Shown: piece by piece, positions 28,024 through 38,900 of the stretch
Layout: each line of letters begins with the position of its first letter
Position numbering within the stretch: position 1 is the first letter of the stretch
NCBI GenBank assembly: GCA_937899245.1
Contig: CALDKB010000047.1
Span: 8,884-72,883 of the forward strand
Source: an uncultured Bacteroidales bacterium
Lineage (GTDB): Bacteria > Bacteroidota > Bacteroidia > Bacteroidales > ML635J-15
Length of the DNA: 64,000 nt
Direction: 5' to 3'
Program-made: the position numbers and the translations under genes
The notes under the pieces: model-generated
What the model was told of the DNA's origin: nothing
The model's database searches: none
The model's input: only the letters and a program-made list of their open reading frames with translations

Positions 28024-29583
28024 TTATAGAGGAATATTATTGTGCTTCTTTGCAGGACGTGTATCCTTCTTGGTGGCAAGTGCTGCAAGAGCGCGGATGA
28101 TTCTGAAACGCGTGTTGCGCGGTTCGATTACATCGTCAATGTAGCCGTATTTTGCTGCCTGATAAGGATTTGCGAAAGCTTCCTTGTATTCTGCTTCCTT
28201 TTCTGCAATGTATTTTGCCTTTTCTTCCGGATCTTCGATTGCCTTGATGCCCTTTGCATAAAGAACTTCGATTGCGCCCGAAGCACCCATTACTGCGATT
28301 TCTGCAGATGGCCATGCATAGTTGAAGTCGCCCTTAAGCTGCTTTGAGCTCATAACGTCGTGTGCTCCGCCGTAAGACTTTCTCAGTGTTACAGTAACTT
28401 TCGGAACTGTTGCTTCTCCGTAGGCGTACATAAGCTTTGCTCCGTTGGTGATGATGCCACCATATTCCTGGTTGCTTCCTGGCATAAATCCCGGAACGTC
28501 TACCAAAGTTACAAGCGGAATGTTGAAGCTGTCGCAGAAGCGGATGAAGCGTGCACCCTTGCGTGACGATTCTATGTCGAGGCAACCTGCAAGGAATGAT
28601 GGCTGGTTGGCAACGATACCTACGGACTGTCCGTTGAAACGTGCGAAACCTACAACTATATTCTTAGCATAATCCTTGTGAACTTCTTCGAATTCGCCAT
28701 TGTCGACGATAAGTCTGATGATGTCTTTTACATCGTATGGCTTGTTCGGGTTGTCGGGAAGAATACTGTTCAGGGCGTCTTCCATTCTGTCGATCGGGTC
28801 GGTGCATTCAACGCGAGGTGTCTGTTCCTTCCAGTTCTGTGGCATGTAGGAGATGAGGCGCTTGATAGTTGCAAAAGCATCTTCTTCGTCGTGTGCTACA
28901 AAGTGTGCAACACCAGACTTGGAAGCGTGAACATTTGCACCGCCAAGGTCGCTTTCGGTGATAACTTCACCGGTAACAGTCTTTGTTACCTTCGGTCCGG
29001 TTACGAACATGTAGCTATTGGTTTCCGACATGATGATGTAGTCGGTAAGAGCCGGAGAATAAACAGCTCCGCCGGCACATGGGCCTAGGATTGCGGAAAT
29101 CTGTGGAATTACACCGGAAGCTTCGATGTTGCGCTGGAAAATTTCAGCATAGCCCGACAAGCTGGTAACGCCTTCCTGAATACGTGCACCACCGCTGTCG
29201 TTCAAACCGATAACCGGAACGCCGGCTTTCATTGCCATGTCCATTACCTTGCAGATTTTCTTTGCGTTTGTCTCTGACAGGGAGCCACCGCTAACTGTGA
29301 AATCCTGTGAGAAAACGTATACCATTCTGCCGTCTATTGTTCCGTAACCAGTAACAACACCGTCGCCGAGATATTGTTCCTTCTCGATGCCAAAATTGTG
29401 ACATCTGTGGGTTACGAACATGTCGATTTCTTCGAAACTGCCTTCGTCGAGAAGCATGTTGATTCTTTCGCGAGCAGTATATTTTCCTTTTTTATGTTGT
29501 GATTCGATGCGCTTTTCGCCACCGCCCATACGGGCTTCTGCACGCATGTCAACAAGCTTTTTAATTTTTTCTTCTAAAGCCAT
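28024..29583 (-). CDS. mmdA: methylmalonyl-CoA carboxyltransferase (decarboxylase alpha subunit)
   Basis: 519 aa. Carboxyl_trans family sequence throughout ([29 protein letters not shown]-like GGAHDVM). Confidence 0.9.
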   Translation of the reverse strand: MALEEKIKKLVDMRAEARMGGGEKRIESQHKKGKYTARERINMLLDEGSFEEIDMFVTHRCHNFGIEKEQYLGDGVVTGYGTIDGRMVYVFSQDFTVSGGSLSETNAKKICKVMDMAMKAGVPVIGLNDSGGARIQEGVTSLSGYAEIFQRNIEASGVIPQISAILGPCAGGAVYSPALTDYIIMSETNSYMFVTGPKVTKTVTGEVITESDLGGANVHASKSGVAHFVAHDEEDAFATIKRLISYMPQNWKEQTPRVECTDPIDRMEDALNSILPDNPNKPYDVKDIIRLIVDNGEFEEVHKDYAKNIVVGFARFNGQSVGIVANQPSFLAGCLDIESSRKGARFIRFCDSFNIPLVTLVDVPGFMPGSNQEYGGIITNGAKLMYAYGEATVPKVTVTLRKSYGGAHDVMSSKQLKGDFNYAWPSAEIAVMGASGAIEVLYAKGIKAIEDPEEKAKYIAEKEAEYKEAFANPYQAAKYGYIDDVIEPRNTRFRIIRALAALATKKDTRPAKKHNNIPL

Positions 29584-29595
29584 TGTGTTTAATTT

Positions 29596-30006
29596 TTACT
29601 TGTTTTTATTTTCGCATAATTCAGTAAGTACACCGAAACTGGTTTTCGGGTGCAAGAAAGCGATGCTAAGTCCTTCTGCTCCGTTGCGAGGAGTCTTGTC
29701 GATGAGTCTGGCACCTGCAAGTTCTGCTGCCGATAAGCATGTTTCAATGCCATTAACGCAAAATGCGATGTGGTGCATGCCTTCGCCCTTGTTTTCAATG
29801 AATTTTCCAACAGGACTGTCGGCTTCTGTCGGTTCCAAAAGTTCGATTTTTGTCTGTCCAACCTTGAAGAATGCTGTCTTAACTTTCTGTTCCTTAACTT
29901 CTTCGATTGCATAGCACTTAAGACCAAGAACGCCTTCGTAGTACTTTTTTGCCTCGTCGATTGACTTTACGGCAATACCGATGTGTTCGATGTGTGATAT
30001 ATCCAT
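29596..30006 (-). CDS. methylmalonyl-CoA epimerase (VOC/glyoxalase fold)
   Basis: MDISHIEHIGIAVKSIDEAKKYY...GEGMHHIAF pattern. The ORF-track start at 30039 would include the predicted promoter, so the Met at 30006 is preferred. Confidence 0.8.
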   Translation of the reverse strand: MDISHIEHIGIAVKSIDEAKKYYEGVLGLKCYAIEEVKEQKVKTAFFKVGQTKIELLEPTEADSPVGKFIENKGEGMHHIAFCVNGIETCLSAAELAGARLIDKTPRNGAEGLSIAFLHPKTSFGVLTELCENKNK

Positions 30007-30036
30007 ATTTTTTTGAATTTTTGAAAAATTTTTGGG

Positions 30037-30044
30037 CAAAGTTA
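30037..30044 (-). promoter_or_regulatory. candidate -7 box (TAacTTTG on the minus strand) for the epimerase/decarboxylase operon
   Basis: The plus strand reads caaagtta, 31 nt upstream of the ATG at 30006. Confidence 0.4.
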
Positions 30045-30384
30045 CAAAGTATTTTTGAAGAAAACTAATATTTTTTGATAGTGGTATGTCGTGTGCTAAT
30101 GAATTGTATGTTAGGCGTTTATATGCGCTTTTGCGTCTGTTTGTTACTGGTTTTCAAATATGTTTTCTAACATGTTTTTGGGGGCTAATTTTTGTGCGAT
30201 TCGCCGTAAAATGTATTTCGTAGTTTTTATATATATAATAGGTGTTGATATTTTGCGTTAGTTGTGTGGTCGTAATGATAACAAATAAGCAGCAACTTAT
30301 GTTTGTAAAATGTCGTTGAAAATGAGTGTGATATTTTTTTGTAAAATGGTCTAAAAAAAATTTTATGGGGAAATAAAAATGTAT

Positions 30385-30392
30385 TACTTTTG
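30385..30392 (+). promoter_or_regulatory. candidate -7 box (TActTTTG) for rplM-rpsI
   Basis: Matches TAnnTTTG, about 64 nt upstream of the rplM start. Confidence 0.4.
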
Positions 30393-30455
30393 CAGTCCGT
30401 TTGGTCATCCAGCCTAAGGAAATTAATTTATTAATTTTAAAGAAAGATTTTTAAA

Positions 30456-30911
30456 GTGAAAACATTGATGTACAGAACAATATCGGTAAACAAGGAAACT
30501 GCAAACAAGCAGTGGTACGTTGTTGATGCCGAAGGTGAAGTTCTCGGTCGTTTGGCAGCAAAGGTTGCCTTGGTTTTGAGAGGTAAGCACAAACCGGAAT
30601 ACACTCCGCATGTAGACTGTGGCGATAACGTTATTATTATTAACGCAGAAAAGGTTCGCTTGACAGGCAATAAGCTTGCTGACAAGAAGTATATTAGACA
30701 TTCTGGTTTCCCAGGTGGACAGAGCAAGGAAACACCTGCCGAAATGTTGGTTAAGTACCCAGAACGCATTATCGAACATGCAATTAAGGGAATGTTGCCA
30801 AAGAATCGTCTTGGTAGCGAATTATTCAGAAATTTGAAAGTTTACGTTGGTAGCGAGCACAAGCACGAAGCTCAGAACCCGACAAAGTTGGATTTAAACA
30901 CAATTAAATAA
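30456..30911 (+). CDS. rplM: 50S ribosomal protein L13
   Basis: KQWYVVDAEGEVLGRLAAKVALVLRGKHKPEYTPHVDCGD is classic L13. Confidence 0.95.
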   Translation: MKTLMYRTISVNKETANKQWYVVDAEGEVLGRLAAKVALVLRGKHKPEYTPHVDCGDNVIIINAEKVRLTGNKLADKKYIRHSGFPGGQSKETPAEMLVKYPERIIEHAIKGMLPKNRLGSELFRNLKVYVGSEHKHEAQNPTKLDLNTIK

Positions 30912-30913
30912 GC

Positions 30914-31300
30914 ATGGACGTATTTAACGCATTAGGTCGTAGAAAGGCCGCTGTTGCAAGAGTTTATCTTAGCGAAGGTAAAGGAAACATCACGGTTAAC
31001 AACCGTAAAATGGAAGAATACTTCCCGGTTATGCAGTACCAGTATATCGTAAAGCAACCATTCTTGACATTGGACAAGATGGAATGCTATGATGTAAAGG
31101 CAAACATCGACGGCGGTGGAGTAAGAGGTCAGGCTGAAGCTTTGCGTCTTGGTATCTCAAGAGCATTGTTGAAGGTTGATGCTGAATACAGAGCAAGCTT
31201 GAAGCCATGCGGTTTCTTGTCTCGCGACTCCAGAGTTGTTGAAAGAAAGAAACCTGGTCAGAAGAAAGCTCGTAAGAGATTCCAGTTCAGCAAACGTTAG
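30914..31300 (+). CDS. rpsI: 30S ribosomal protein S9
   Basis: GRRKAAVARVYL...GGGVRGQAEALRLGISRAL...KKARKRFQFSKR. Confidence 0.95.
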   Translation: MDVFNALGRRKAAVARVYLSEGKGNITVNNRKMEEYFPVMQYQYIVKQPFLTLDKMECYDVKANIDGGGVRGQAEALRLGISRALLKVDAEYRASLKPCGFLSRDSRVVERKKPGQKKARKRFQFSKR

Positions 31301-31413
31301 TATTTTATTCGAGAATTATAAACAGAGTTTAGTATCTAAATCGTGGAGATGGTCTCTTATGGGATTCTACTTCACGATTGTTACTACAGAAAGTAAACTT
31401 AAATTAAATTAAA

Positions 31414-32226
31414 ATGTCAAGATTAACATTTGATCAATTGTTAGAGGCAGGTGTTCACTTTGGTCACCTCCGTCGCAAATGGAATCCAGCAATGGCTCCT
31501 TATATCTTCATGGAGCGCAATGGTATCCACATTATCGATTTGCATAAGACTGTAGCAAAGGTTGACGAAGCTGCAGAAGCAATGAAAAACATCGTTAAGT
31601 CAGGTAGAAGAGTTTTGTTCGTAGCTACTAAGAAGCAGGCTAAGGACATCGTGGCTGAAGAAGTAACTAAGGTTGGAATGCCTTTCGTTACAGAACGTTG
31701 GCCTGGTGGTATGTTGACTAACTTCCCGACTATTCGTAAGGCTGTTAAGAAAATGCAGTCTATCGATAAGATGAAGTCAGATGGTACTTTCGATGCACTT
31801 TCAAAGCGTGAACAGTTGCAGATCGACCGTCAGAGAGCTAAATTGGAAAAGAACCTCGGTTCTATCGCTGATTTGACTAGATTGCCAGCTGCTTTGTTCG
31901 TTGTTGACGTATTGAAGGAAAAAATCGCCGTTCACGAAGCTCAGAGATTAGGTATTCCTGTATTCGCAATGGTTGATACTAATTCTGATCCTAAGTCTGT
32001 TGATTTCCCAATCCCAGCAAACGATGACGCTTCAAAGTCAATCCAAATTATCATAGCCGCTATGTGCGAAGCTATTAAGGAAGGCTTGGACGAAAGAGCT
32101 GTTGAAAAGGAAAACACTGCAAAGGATGGTGAAGAAGTTGAAGAAGCTCCAGTAGAAAAGAAGAGACCAAGAAGAACTTCTGCTAAGAGAGAACATGTTG
32201 AAGAAGCTGTTGCTCCAGAAGAATAA
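31414..32226 (+). CDS. rpsB: 30S ribosomal protein S2
   Basis: LLEAGVHFGHLRRKWNPAMAPYIF...GIHIIDL, with an acidic C-terminal tail. Confidence 0.95.
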   Translation: MSRLTFDQLLEAGVHFGHLRRKWNPAMAPYIFMERNGIHIIDLHKTVAKVDEAAEAMKNIVKSGRRVLFVATKKQAKDIVAEEVTKVGMPFVTERWPGGMLTNFPTIRKAVKKMQSIDKMKSDGTFDALSKREQLQIDRQRAKLEKNLGSIADLTRLPAALFVVDVLKEKIAVHEAQRLGIPVFAMVDTNSDPKSVDFPIPANDDASKSIQIIIAAMCEAIKEGLDERAVEKENTAKDGEEVEEAPVEKKRPRRTSAKREHVEEAVAPEE

Positions 32227-32246
32227 TAATTTAAAAAATTGAAACA

Positions 32247-33248
32247 ATGGCAAATATTAGTGCTGCTGACGTAAAGAAACTTAGAGATATTACCGGAGCT
32301 GGTATGATGGACTGCAAGAAGGCCCTCACAGAAGCTGATGGTGATTTCGAAAAGGCAAAAGATAAAATTAGAGAAAGAGGTTTGGCTATCGCTAACAAGA
32401 GAGCAGACCGTGAAGCTAGCGAAGGCGTTGTTCTTGCAATGGCTGCAAAGGGCAATACTGCTGGTGTAGTTATCTCATTGAGCTGCGAAACCGACTTTGT
32501 TGCTAAGAACGATGATTTCGTAAACCTTGGCAAGGCAATCTTGAATGTGGCTGCAGAAAATCTTCCAGCTGACCTTGAAGCTCTTAAGGCTTTGAATCTT
32601 GATGGAAAGACTGTTGCTGAAGCTGTTGCTGAAAGAAGCGGTGTTACTGGCGAAAAGATGGAATTGACTTACTACGCTAAGATGGAAGCTCCTTACGTAG
32701 TTGAATACATCCACAACGGTAATAAACTTGCAACTGTTATCGGTTTGAATAAGGTTGTTGACCGTCAGATTGGTCGTAACATTGCAATGCAGGTTACTGC
32801 TATGAACCCAATCGCTGTTGACGAAAATTCTGTTTCCGACGAAGTTAAGGAACACGAATTCGCAGTTAACGTAGAAAAGACTAAGGCAGAAGAAATCATA
32901 AGAGCCGTTGACATTGCTCTTAAGAAGGCTGGCCTAAATCCAAATCTTGTAGATAGCGACGAACACATCGAATCTAACATGTCTAAGGGTTGGTTGACTG
33001 CTGACGAAGCTGCTAAGGCTCGCCAGATTAGAGAAACCGTTACCGCTGAAGCTACTGCAAACCTCGACAAGCAGGCAAAGAAGATCGAAATGATCGCTCA
33101 GGGTCGTTTGCAGAAATTCTTCAAGGAATCTACCTTGATGAATCAGGAATGCATCTTCGAGTCTAAGGTTTCTATCGCTCAATATCTTGAGAGAGAAGAA
33201 AAAGGCTTGTTGGCTACTGGTTTCGTAAGATTCGGATTGAAAAATTAA
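32247..33248 (+). CDS. tsf: translation elongation factor Ts
   Basis: ISAADVKKLRDITGAGMMDCKKALTEADGDFEKA is the UBA-like N-terminus of EF-Ts. The gene follows rpsB. Confidence 0.95.
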   Translation: MANISAADVKKLRDITGAGMMDCKKALTEADGDFEKAKDKIRERGLAIANKRADREASEGVVLAMAAKGNTAGVVISLSCETDFVAKNDDFVNLGKAILNVAAENLPADLEALKALNLDGKTVAEAVAERSGVTGEKMELTYYAKMEAPYVVEYIHNGNKLATVIGLNKVVDRQIGRNIAMQVTAMNPIAVDENSVSDEVKEHEFAVNVEKTKAEEIIRAVDIALKKAGLNPNLVDSDEHIESNMSKGWLTADEAAKARQIRETVTAEATANLDKQAKKIEMIAQGRLQKFFKESTLMNQECIFESKVSIAQYLEREEKGLLATGFVRFGLKN

Positions 33249-33267
33249 TGATTTCATAATTCTATCT

Positions 33268-33299
33268 AAAGGGTGTCGTTTTTGCGACACCCTTTTTTT
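33268..33299 (+). terminator. rho-independent terminator after tsf
   Basis: gggtgtcg/cgacaccc hairpin followed by T7. Confidence 0.75.
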
Positions 33300-33347
33300 G
33301 TTAGTAGTGACAAGTTTTAATATATTTGTAAAAAGATTTTTTTTGAT

Positions 33348-34202
33348 ATGATAGCAATAGCAGATAGTGGTTCTACCAAGACGTCGTGGATTTTGGCCGA
33401 CGGAAAAGAAATAAAATATTCGTTCAAGACAATCGGTTTCAATCCGTATTTTGTAACATACGACGAAGTTGTAAAATGTATTTCAGAGGCATTTCCAAGC
33501 AATGCCAATGCACAGGCTATCACAGAAGTGTTCTTTTATGGCTCTGGTTGTTCCAATTGCGACAACTTCAGACATCTGCAAGATGCTTTGAAAACAGTGT
33601 TCGGCAAGGCGACTATAAATATTTTTTCCGATATGCTTGGTACCGCCCGTGCTGTATTGAAACGTGAGTCTGGCGTGGCTGCAATTCTTGGTACAGGATC
33701 AAATTCATGTTTCTATAATGGCGACCAGATAGAGAAAAATGCTGTATCGCTTGGTTATGTCCTTGGCGACGAGGGCAGTGGTGCCACTATTGGAAAGATG
33801 TTTGTCAAGCGTTACCTGGAAGGCAAGTTTGATGAAAAACTTACAGCTCAGATAGCAGCGGAAACTGGCGAAAACATCACAACAATCTTAAATGCTGTCT
33901 ATAAGCAGGATCATCCGAATAGGTTCCTTGCCAATTTTACTCATTGCATTGCCAACCATCTCGACCATCCTCAGGTTCAGGACTTGATGCGCAAGGCCTT
34001 TGGCGATTTCTTTGAAAATTATGTGTATATATATCCGCAATATCGCAATTATAAGATTGGGTTCTGCGGGAGTATTGCTTATTATTTCAAGGATATTCTT
34101 TTGGAAGAACTGTCAAAAATTGGGTATGATAAGAACAACGTGTTGATAATCAATAATGTCTTGCCAGAATTATTGAAATATCATGTTGGTTATTTATTGT
34201 AG
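33348..34202 (+). CDS. BadF/BadG/BcrA/BcrD-type ATPase (N-acetylglucosamine kinase-like)
   Basis: MIAIADSGSTKTSW and AILGTGSNS phosphate-binding motifs. The stop abuts the stop of the convergent gene (tag/cta). Confidence 0.75.
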   Translation: MIAIADSGSTKTSWILADGKEIKYSFKTIGFNPYFVTYDEVVKCISEAFPSNANAQAITEVFFYGSGCSNCDNFRHLQDALKTVFGKATINIFSDMLGTARAVLKRESGVAAILGTGSNSCFYNGDQIEKNAVSLGYVLGDEGSGATIGKMFVKRYLEGKFDEKLTAQIAAETGENITTILNAVYKQDHPNRFLANFTHCIANHLDHPQVQDLMRKAFGDFFENYVYIYPQYRNYKIGFCGSIAYYFKDILLEELSKIGYDKNNVLIINNVLPELLKYHVGYLL

Positions 34203-35927
34203 CTAAAGCTTGGAGAATTTGCAAGTGTATGCTTTTTCTCCGTTGTACATCCTGACAAAGTAAAGTCCAGCAGCTATGTCAGAAATATCTATGTAGCCGC
34301 CTTCCCATTTTGATGACGCATCTGTACTTATAGATTTTACTGTGGAACCTTGCTGGTTGATGATTTCAATTTTATAGTTTCCATCATCTACATTGTTCGA
34401 GATGAAGTAAAGTATTTCAGTAGCAGGGTTCGGGAAGCACTTTATGTATCCGTTTCCGACTGTGAAACCATTGGTGTTAACAGGATTCTCGTCTTCGCTT
34501 ATTACAAATACATGTGGATCTGGTTCTCCGATGAATGGATGTGTTTGAATCTGTCCGAATTCTGTTTCCGCCTTTATGTAGTAAGCAACAGTTTGCCCAT
34601 GTTGCAGGCCTTCAAAAGTAAAAGAATATTGGTCTTCGGCAGTATTTGTCATGTCGGCGGAGATAAATTCCATGCTGTCGATGCTGAAGAATATCTTTGC
34701 ACTTGTGATGGCGCCGCCTCCATTGAAAGTGTAAATTTTAGCATCTATGGTATATTCATCGGCATAATCAACAGTGTCGAGAATAGGGAAGTGTGCGATT
34801 CTTAGCATATCGAAACGAGGAACCTCGTGAGTGCGGCAGTGCAAGGCGTCTGTGCTTTCCCATGAGTTTGAGTTGGGCGTAAAGCCAATGACTTCATATC
34901 CTGGCATAGCGGCTTCGTAGACGGCCTTAGCGTTGGCGTTGTTGGTGGCATCGTTGTTCGGGAATGCAAGATAAACCTTGTTGTTAAGAATAAGCGAGTT
35001 GGAATAAGGCTGTCCGTTGGGACTATATGTTCTGAAAACCTGATACTTGTTTCCGTAAGAACTAGTTTGATTTGCCCAGTAGTCGGCCATTGCCTCGTAG
35101 TCGGCATAGTGTGAATTGGATGCAGGGACCTTTGTAATCAAGACTTTGTCAACATCGAGGAATTTTCCCCAGCAGTCGATATGAGCAATGTAGTCGGCAA
35201 GCGGATCGTCGAGGTGCATATAGTTTGTAATGCCGAGGTATTCTTCGAATATTTCATCGAGTTGTGCTTGTGTGTAATTGTAGTTCTCCTGATTTTCAAC
35301 ATCGAGTGAAGCGGAACACGATGCAGCAACACCAAGTCCGTCGGTCATGTAGTTTCCGCCAGTATGAACAACCTGCATTCCAAAAACCGATTTGTCAAAA
35401 TACGAGCCGAAGATGTTTGTTATTTCATCGTCGTTTGGACGAGGCCGATTGTAAACGTAGTCAATCATACCAACTTGCTTGTCACCGTATTCGATGAACC
35501 ATGGACTGTAGTCGCGACACCAGTACGAGTCGATAGATGAGTTTACAAATTTAAGGTGGTTCATGTTGACGCCGTTGTTTTGCAATGTTGTTCTAACATT
35601 TGCTTGTAGGTTTGATGCGCAAATAAGGTAAACTGTGTCGTCCTCAGAAAGTTCTGCAATAAGCGAGTACGGAATTCCAAAATCGACACTGCCTCCATAC
35701 CAGCTTGATGGAGCGGCGACAATTACACCTTGGTTCGGTTCAAATTCAGCTATGCTTCTCGGATTCTCGGGTGGAGCAGTCACTATTAAGTCGCGAGTGT
35801 TCTTTCGCTCCGATAGCTCTTCCCAACGTAAAGCGTGGTATTTGCCTTGTAGCTCGTGCGGAATCTCTTGTGCTAACATAAATGTTGCACATAAAGTTAT
35901 GATTGATGTGATGAGTATTTTTTTCAT
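34203..35927 (-). CDS. Porphyromonas-type peptidylarginine deiminase (PPAD)-like enzyme with a T9SS C-terminal domain (574 aa)
   Basis: PAD_porph/agmatine-deiminase motifs DSYWCRDYSPWF, YNRPRPNDDE, TGGNYMTDG, HIDCWGKFL, QPYSNSLILNN and DALHCRTHEV. These are followed by an Ig-like region (HPFIGEPDPHVF) and a T9SS CTD (CFPNPATEILYF...GLYFVRMYN...KFSKL). Confidence 0.8.
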   Translation of the reverse strand: MKKILITSIITLCATFMLAQEIPHELQGKYHALRWEELSERKNTRDLIVTAPPENPRSIAEFEPNQGVIVAAPSSWYGGSVDFGIPYSLIAELSEDDTVYLICASNLQANVRTTLQNNGVNMNHLKFVNSSIDSYWCRDYSPWFIEYGDKQVGMIDYVYNRPRPNDDEITNIFGSYFDKSVFGMQVVHTGGNYMTDGLGVAASCSASLDVENQENYNYTQAQLDEIFEEYLGITNYMHLDDPLADYIAHIDCWGKFLDVDKVLITKVPASNSHYADYEAMADYWANQTSSYGNKYQVFRTYSPNGQPYSNSLILNNKVYLAFPNNDATNNANAKAVYEAAMPGYEVIGFTPNSNSWESTDALHCRTHEVPRFDMLRIAHFPILDTVDYADEYTIDAKIYTFNGGGAITSAKIFFSIDSMEFISADMTNTAEDQYSFTFEGLQHGQTVAYYIKAETEFGQIQTHPFIGEPDPHVFVISEDENPVNTNGFTVGNGYIKCFPNPATEILYFISNNVDDGNYKIEIINQQGSTVKSISTDASSKWEGGYIDISDIAAGLYFVRMYNGEKAYTCKFSKL

Positions 35928-35940
35928 TTGCTTATTTTAT

Positions 35941-35972
35941 GAAAAATGGCATTGCAGTATGTGCAATGCCAT
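35941..35972 (-). terminator. hairpin terminator between the protease and deiminase genes
   Basis: Perfect 11-bp stem atggcattgca/tgcaatgccat. On the minus strand it is followed by a U5 run, 20 nt after the protease stop. Confidence 0.55.
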
Positions 35973-35992
35973 GAGATTTTTTTTATTCGTAA

Positions 35993-38900
35993 TTATCTGA
36001 TAACTGATAGGTTGCGGCAAATCGTATTGTCACCGATGTTTGCTTTAACGATGTACATGCCGGCATTAAGCGATGATGTTTCAATCAAAATGTAGTTCTC
36101 ACCCGACTTAAGAGCGATATTGCTTATTGTCTTGACAAGCTGACCAACAGAATTGTAGATGTTGATAGAAACATTGCTGTCGTCTGTAAGGTTAAGGTTA
36201 ACGTACGCGTTTTTGTTTGCCGGATTTGGGAAGACACCCATGGAGATTTCAGCAAAATCCATGTCGGTATGAATGCTTGTAACAGAATTGCTGTGAGCCG
36301 GAAGTTTTATGTTGTCGATCCAAGCGCAGTCGCTGCCGCCTGTTGTGCTGTAGTCTTTTTCGTACGACCATTTTAAGGTGTGAGAGCCAGCGGTTACAGG
36401 GTACGTCTGTAGGCTCCAAGTGTCACTTGTTCCTGCCCATTGATCTTTCATCGTCTCGTCGATATAGAAAGCAAGGAAGTCGTAGTATGAAACTTCGTCG
36501 CTATACCATCCGGAGCCAGGATTTTCGCAAGAAACCTTCTTGTAGAATTCTACGTTGTCGTTGTTTATAACGTCAATAGTTATGCTTAATTCAGTCTTTG
36601 TATTGGCAGAGTATGTGCCATTTCCGATTGCACCGGACTTTGCACAGTAGTTGCCGTCGTAAGCTTCGCTGCCGGAAACAATTCTCCAAGGGGTCGAACT
36701 GTTGTTTTCCCAAGCGTAACTGTCGAAGCTGTTGCTTTCCCAGTCTTCAATTTGCAGACCGATAGCAAGGTTGATGTTTGTGCTTGCGGAATACATTCCT
36801 GCATTAAAGTTAACCGAGAAACTTGCGCTTGTGCCTATTTCCGCAGTTTCGCTAACCGAGGCTTCAAATGTTACAATTCTGTTGTTGCCAGCAGAAAGTG
36901 TATTTACCGAAGCTTCATCGGTTAACAAGGATATATTTCCGGAATTGCTTGAGAGTATAGCATTGCCATTTCCCATAGAAGCATGACCGTTGTTGGATAT
37001 TCTGAATTTAAGCTTTACGGTTTCTCCCGGGTCAAGCATTCCGTTGTTGTTTCCGTTTTCGGAATCGTCAATGTTAACGAATTCGACTGCTGGCTTGGGC
37101 GCGTTGGCAGTAATGTTGAACACACCTGTGTGGGAGTCGCTGTTGCTGCAAGTAATGCTATAGTCAAATTGAATTACAGACTGGTCAACGATGCCATTTC
37201 GGATGTTCATTTCAAATGCATTGTCCTTTGTTAGGGAATTGTCTGCAGCGATTGTGCCAAACGATTCGCTGTTGTCGCTTATTGTTATGTCGCTGTTCGT
37301 TGACGAAATTGTCATGTTGACATCATTGGCATTTTCGACGCCTACATTATTCAATGTCATGTTCAGCTTAAAAGTTTCGTTGTAGTCGGCAGTTCCGTTA
37401 TTATTGCTTTCGCTGTCGTTGATGGTATAGTTGCCAAAAGTTACGTATGGACCTTCAGGGACAATAACGGTAATGTCTGCCTGATAAGTTACCTTGTTGT
37501 ATGCCGTTGCTGTTAATTTTAACGTGCAAGGTTCTGTAATAGCTGCGTGTGAAATTTCGGCGGTTCCGTTTGACGCGTATGCGTATCCAAGGATAACAAC
37601 CTGTCCGTCAACAGTTCTAGTTAAAGCTATTAGTGCATCATTGGCATCGCAGTTAACGGTAAATGTTGTTTGTCCGACAGTCTGTACGCTTGGGTGTGTT
37701 ATTGTCATTTCCTGAGGAGTCTTGCTGCGGAACATAGTAGATGGTTCTCCGAAGATTGTCCATGTGTCGGCAGTGTTAGGTCCGTCGCCAGAGTTGCTGT
37801 TGCTTGGATAGTCCTGAATCATTCTGAAATAACCGTTGAAAGAGATTCCGCCGATTGTTCTCTTGATGTTGTTGTCGATAGATTCGACGATTATGTCAAT
37901 CATTTCGTCCTGAGCGGTCATAGGTGGTTCCCAGTCCTGATTGATGGTGGAGCCGAGGAAAGCAATGGAGCCTGTTGGGTTTCCGTTTTTGCTGGCTCTT
38001 GCCCAAGCTTCCGCAAAGCAGGTGTTTCCGTTGAAATCGCCGTTTACACACGCAACACTAATGACATAAGGAAGTTTATATGTGTTTGTAAGTGAATTTA
38101 CATGAGAGTTATTGTAGCCGGTACTGTACCATTCTTCAATGTCTCCATGTCCGATATAGCAAGCAACACCGACACCGGCATTGAATGCGGCAGAAGTTGC
38201 GGAAACATCGGATGTATATCCAGAAGAAGCCTGGTTTACACGGGTAACAGAGTATCCGTAGTTTTCCAAGTCGGTTTGTATGTAGCCCATGTGTGCCATG
38301 TCGCTTTCGTTTCCGTTGCCTTGGTTATGTCCGTTTGAGCCGCCACCTTCGTTTGATGCGCTGCCGTAGGCATTGGTCAGCCAAGTGGCGTCTGTATCAA
38401 GTTCCTTTTCATAATTTATAACCTTGCGAACTTGATTTTGGATATTAGCGACCGATTCTCCAGAAAAACGTCCGATGAAAGCATCTGCATAGTGGTCGTT
38501 TCCAACAAGGTATGCGTATTGGTTGTCGGAAGTCTTGGTTTCTGCCCAATAGCCCGAGCCTGAGGTCGTAATGTTTGAAGGAACGTCAGCTGCATCTCCA
38601 ACAAGCAGGATGTATGCAAGGTCGCTATGTGCATTGAAATAGTTTGTAATATAGCTCTGAACGTTTGCTGCTGTTGTACCGACTGTGCTCATTAAAGCCA
38701 TCTCGGTTTCAATGCCTTTTTCGCGTTTCCATGTAATAAAATCGTTCATTGCAGAAGAGTATGTGTCCTTGCAGATAATGAGCATTCTGCCCGGATGTCC
38801 ATCTTGAAGCTGCGTGTAACGGGTGTTTTTCTTGTCGTAGTTTATGAAGAAACGACTGTAAATCGATTCAAAATCATCGACTTTTGTGTATGATTCGTTG

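Noticed and set aside
30154-30779. ORFs of 84-118 aa in the divergent promoter region and antisense to rplM.
   Set aside because: They overlap rplM on the wrong strand or lie in AT-rich promoter DNA. Their compositions are non-protein-like.
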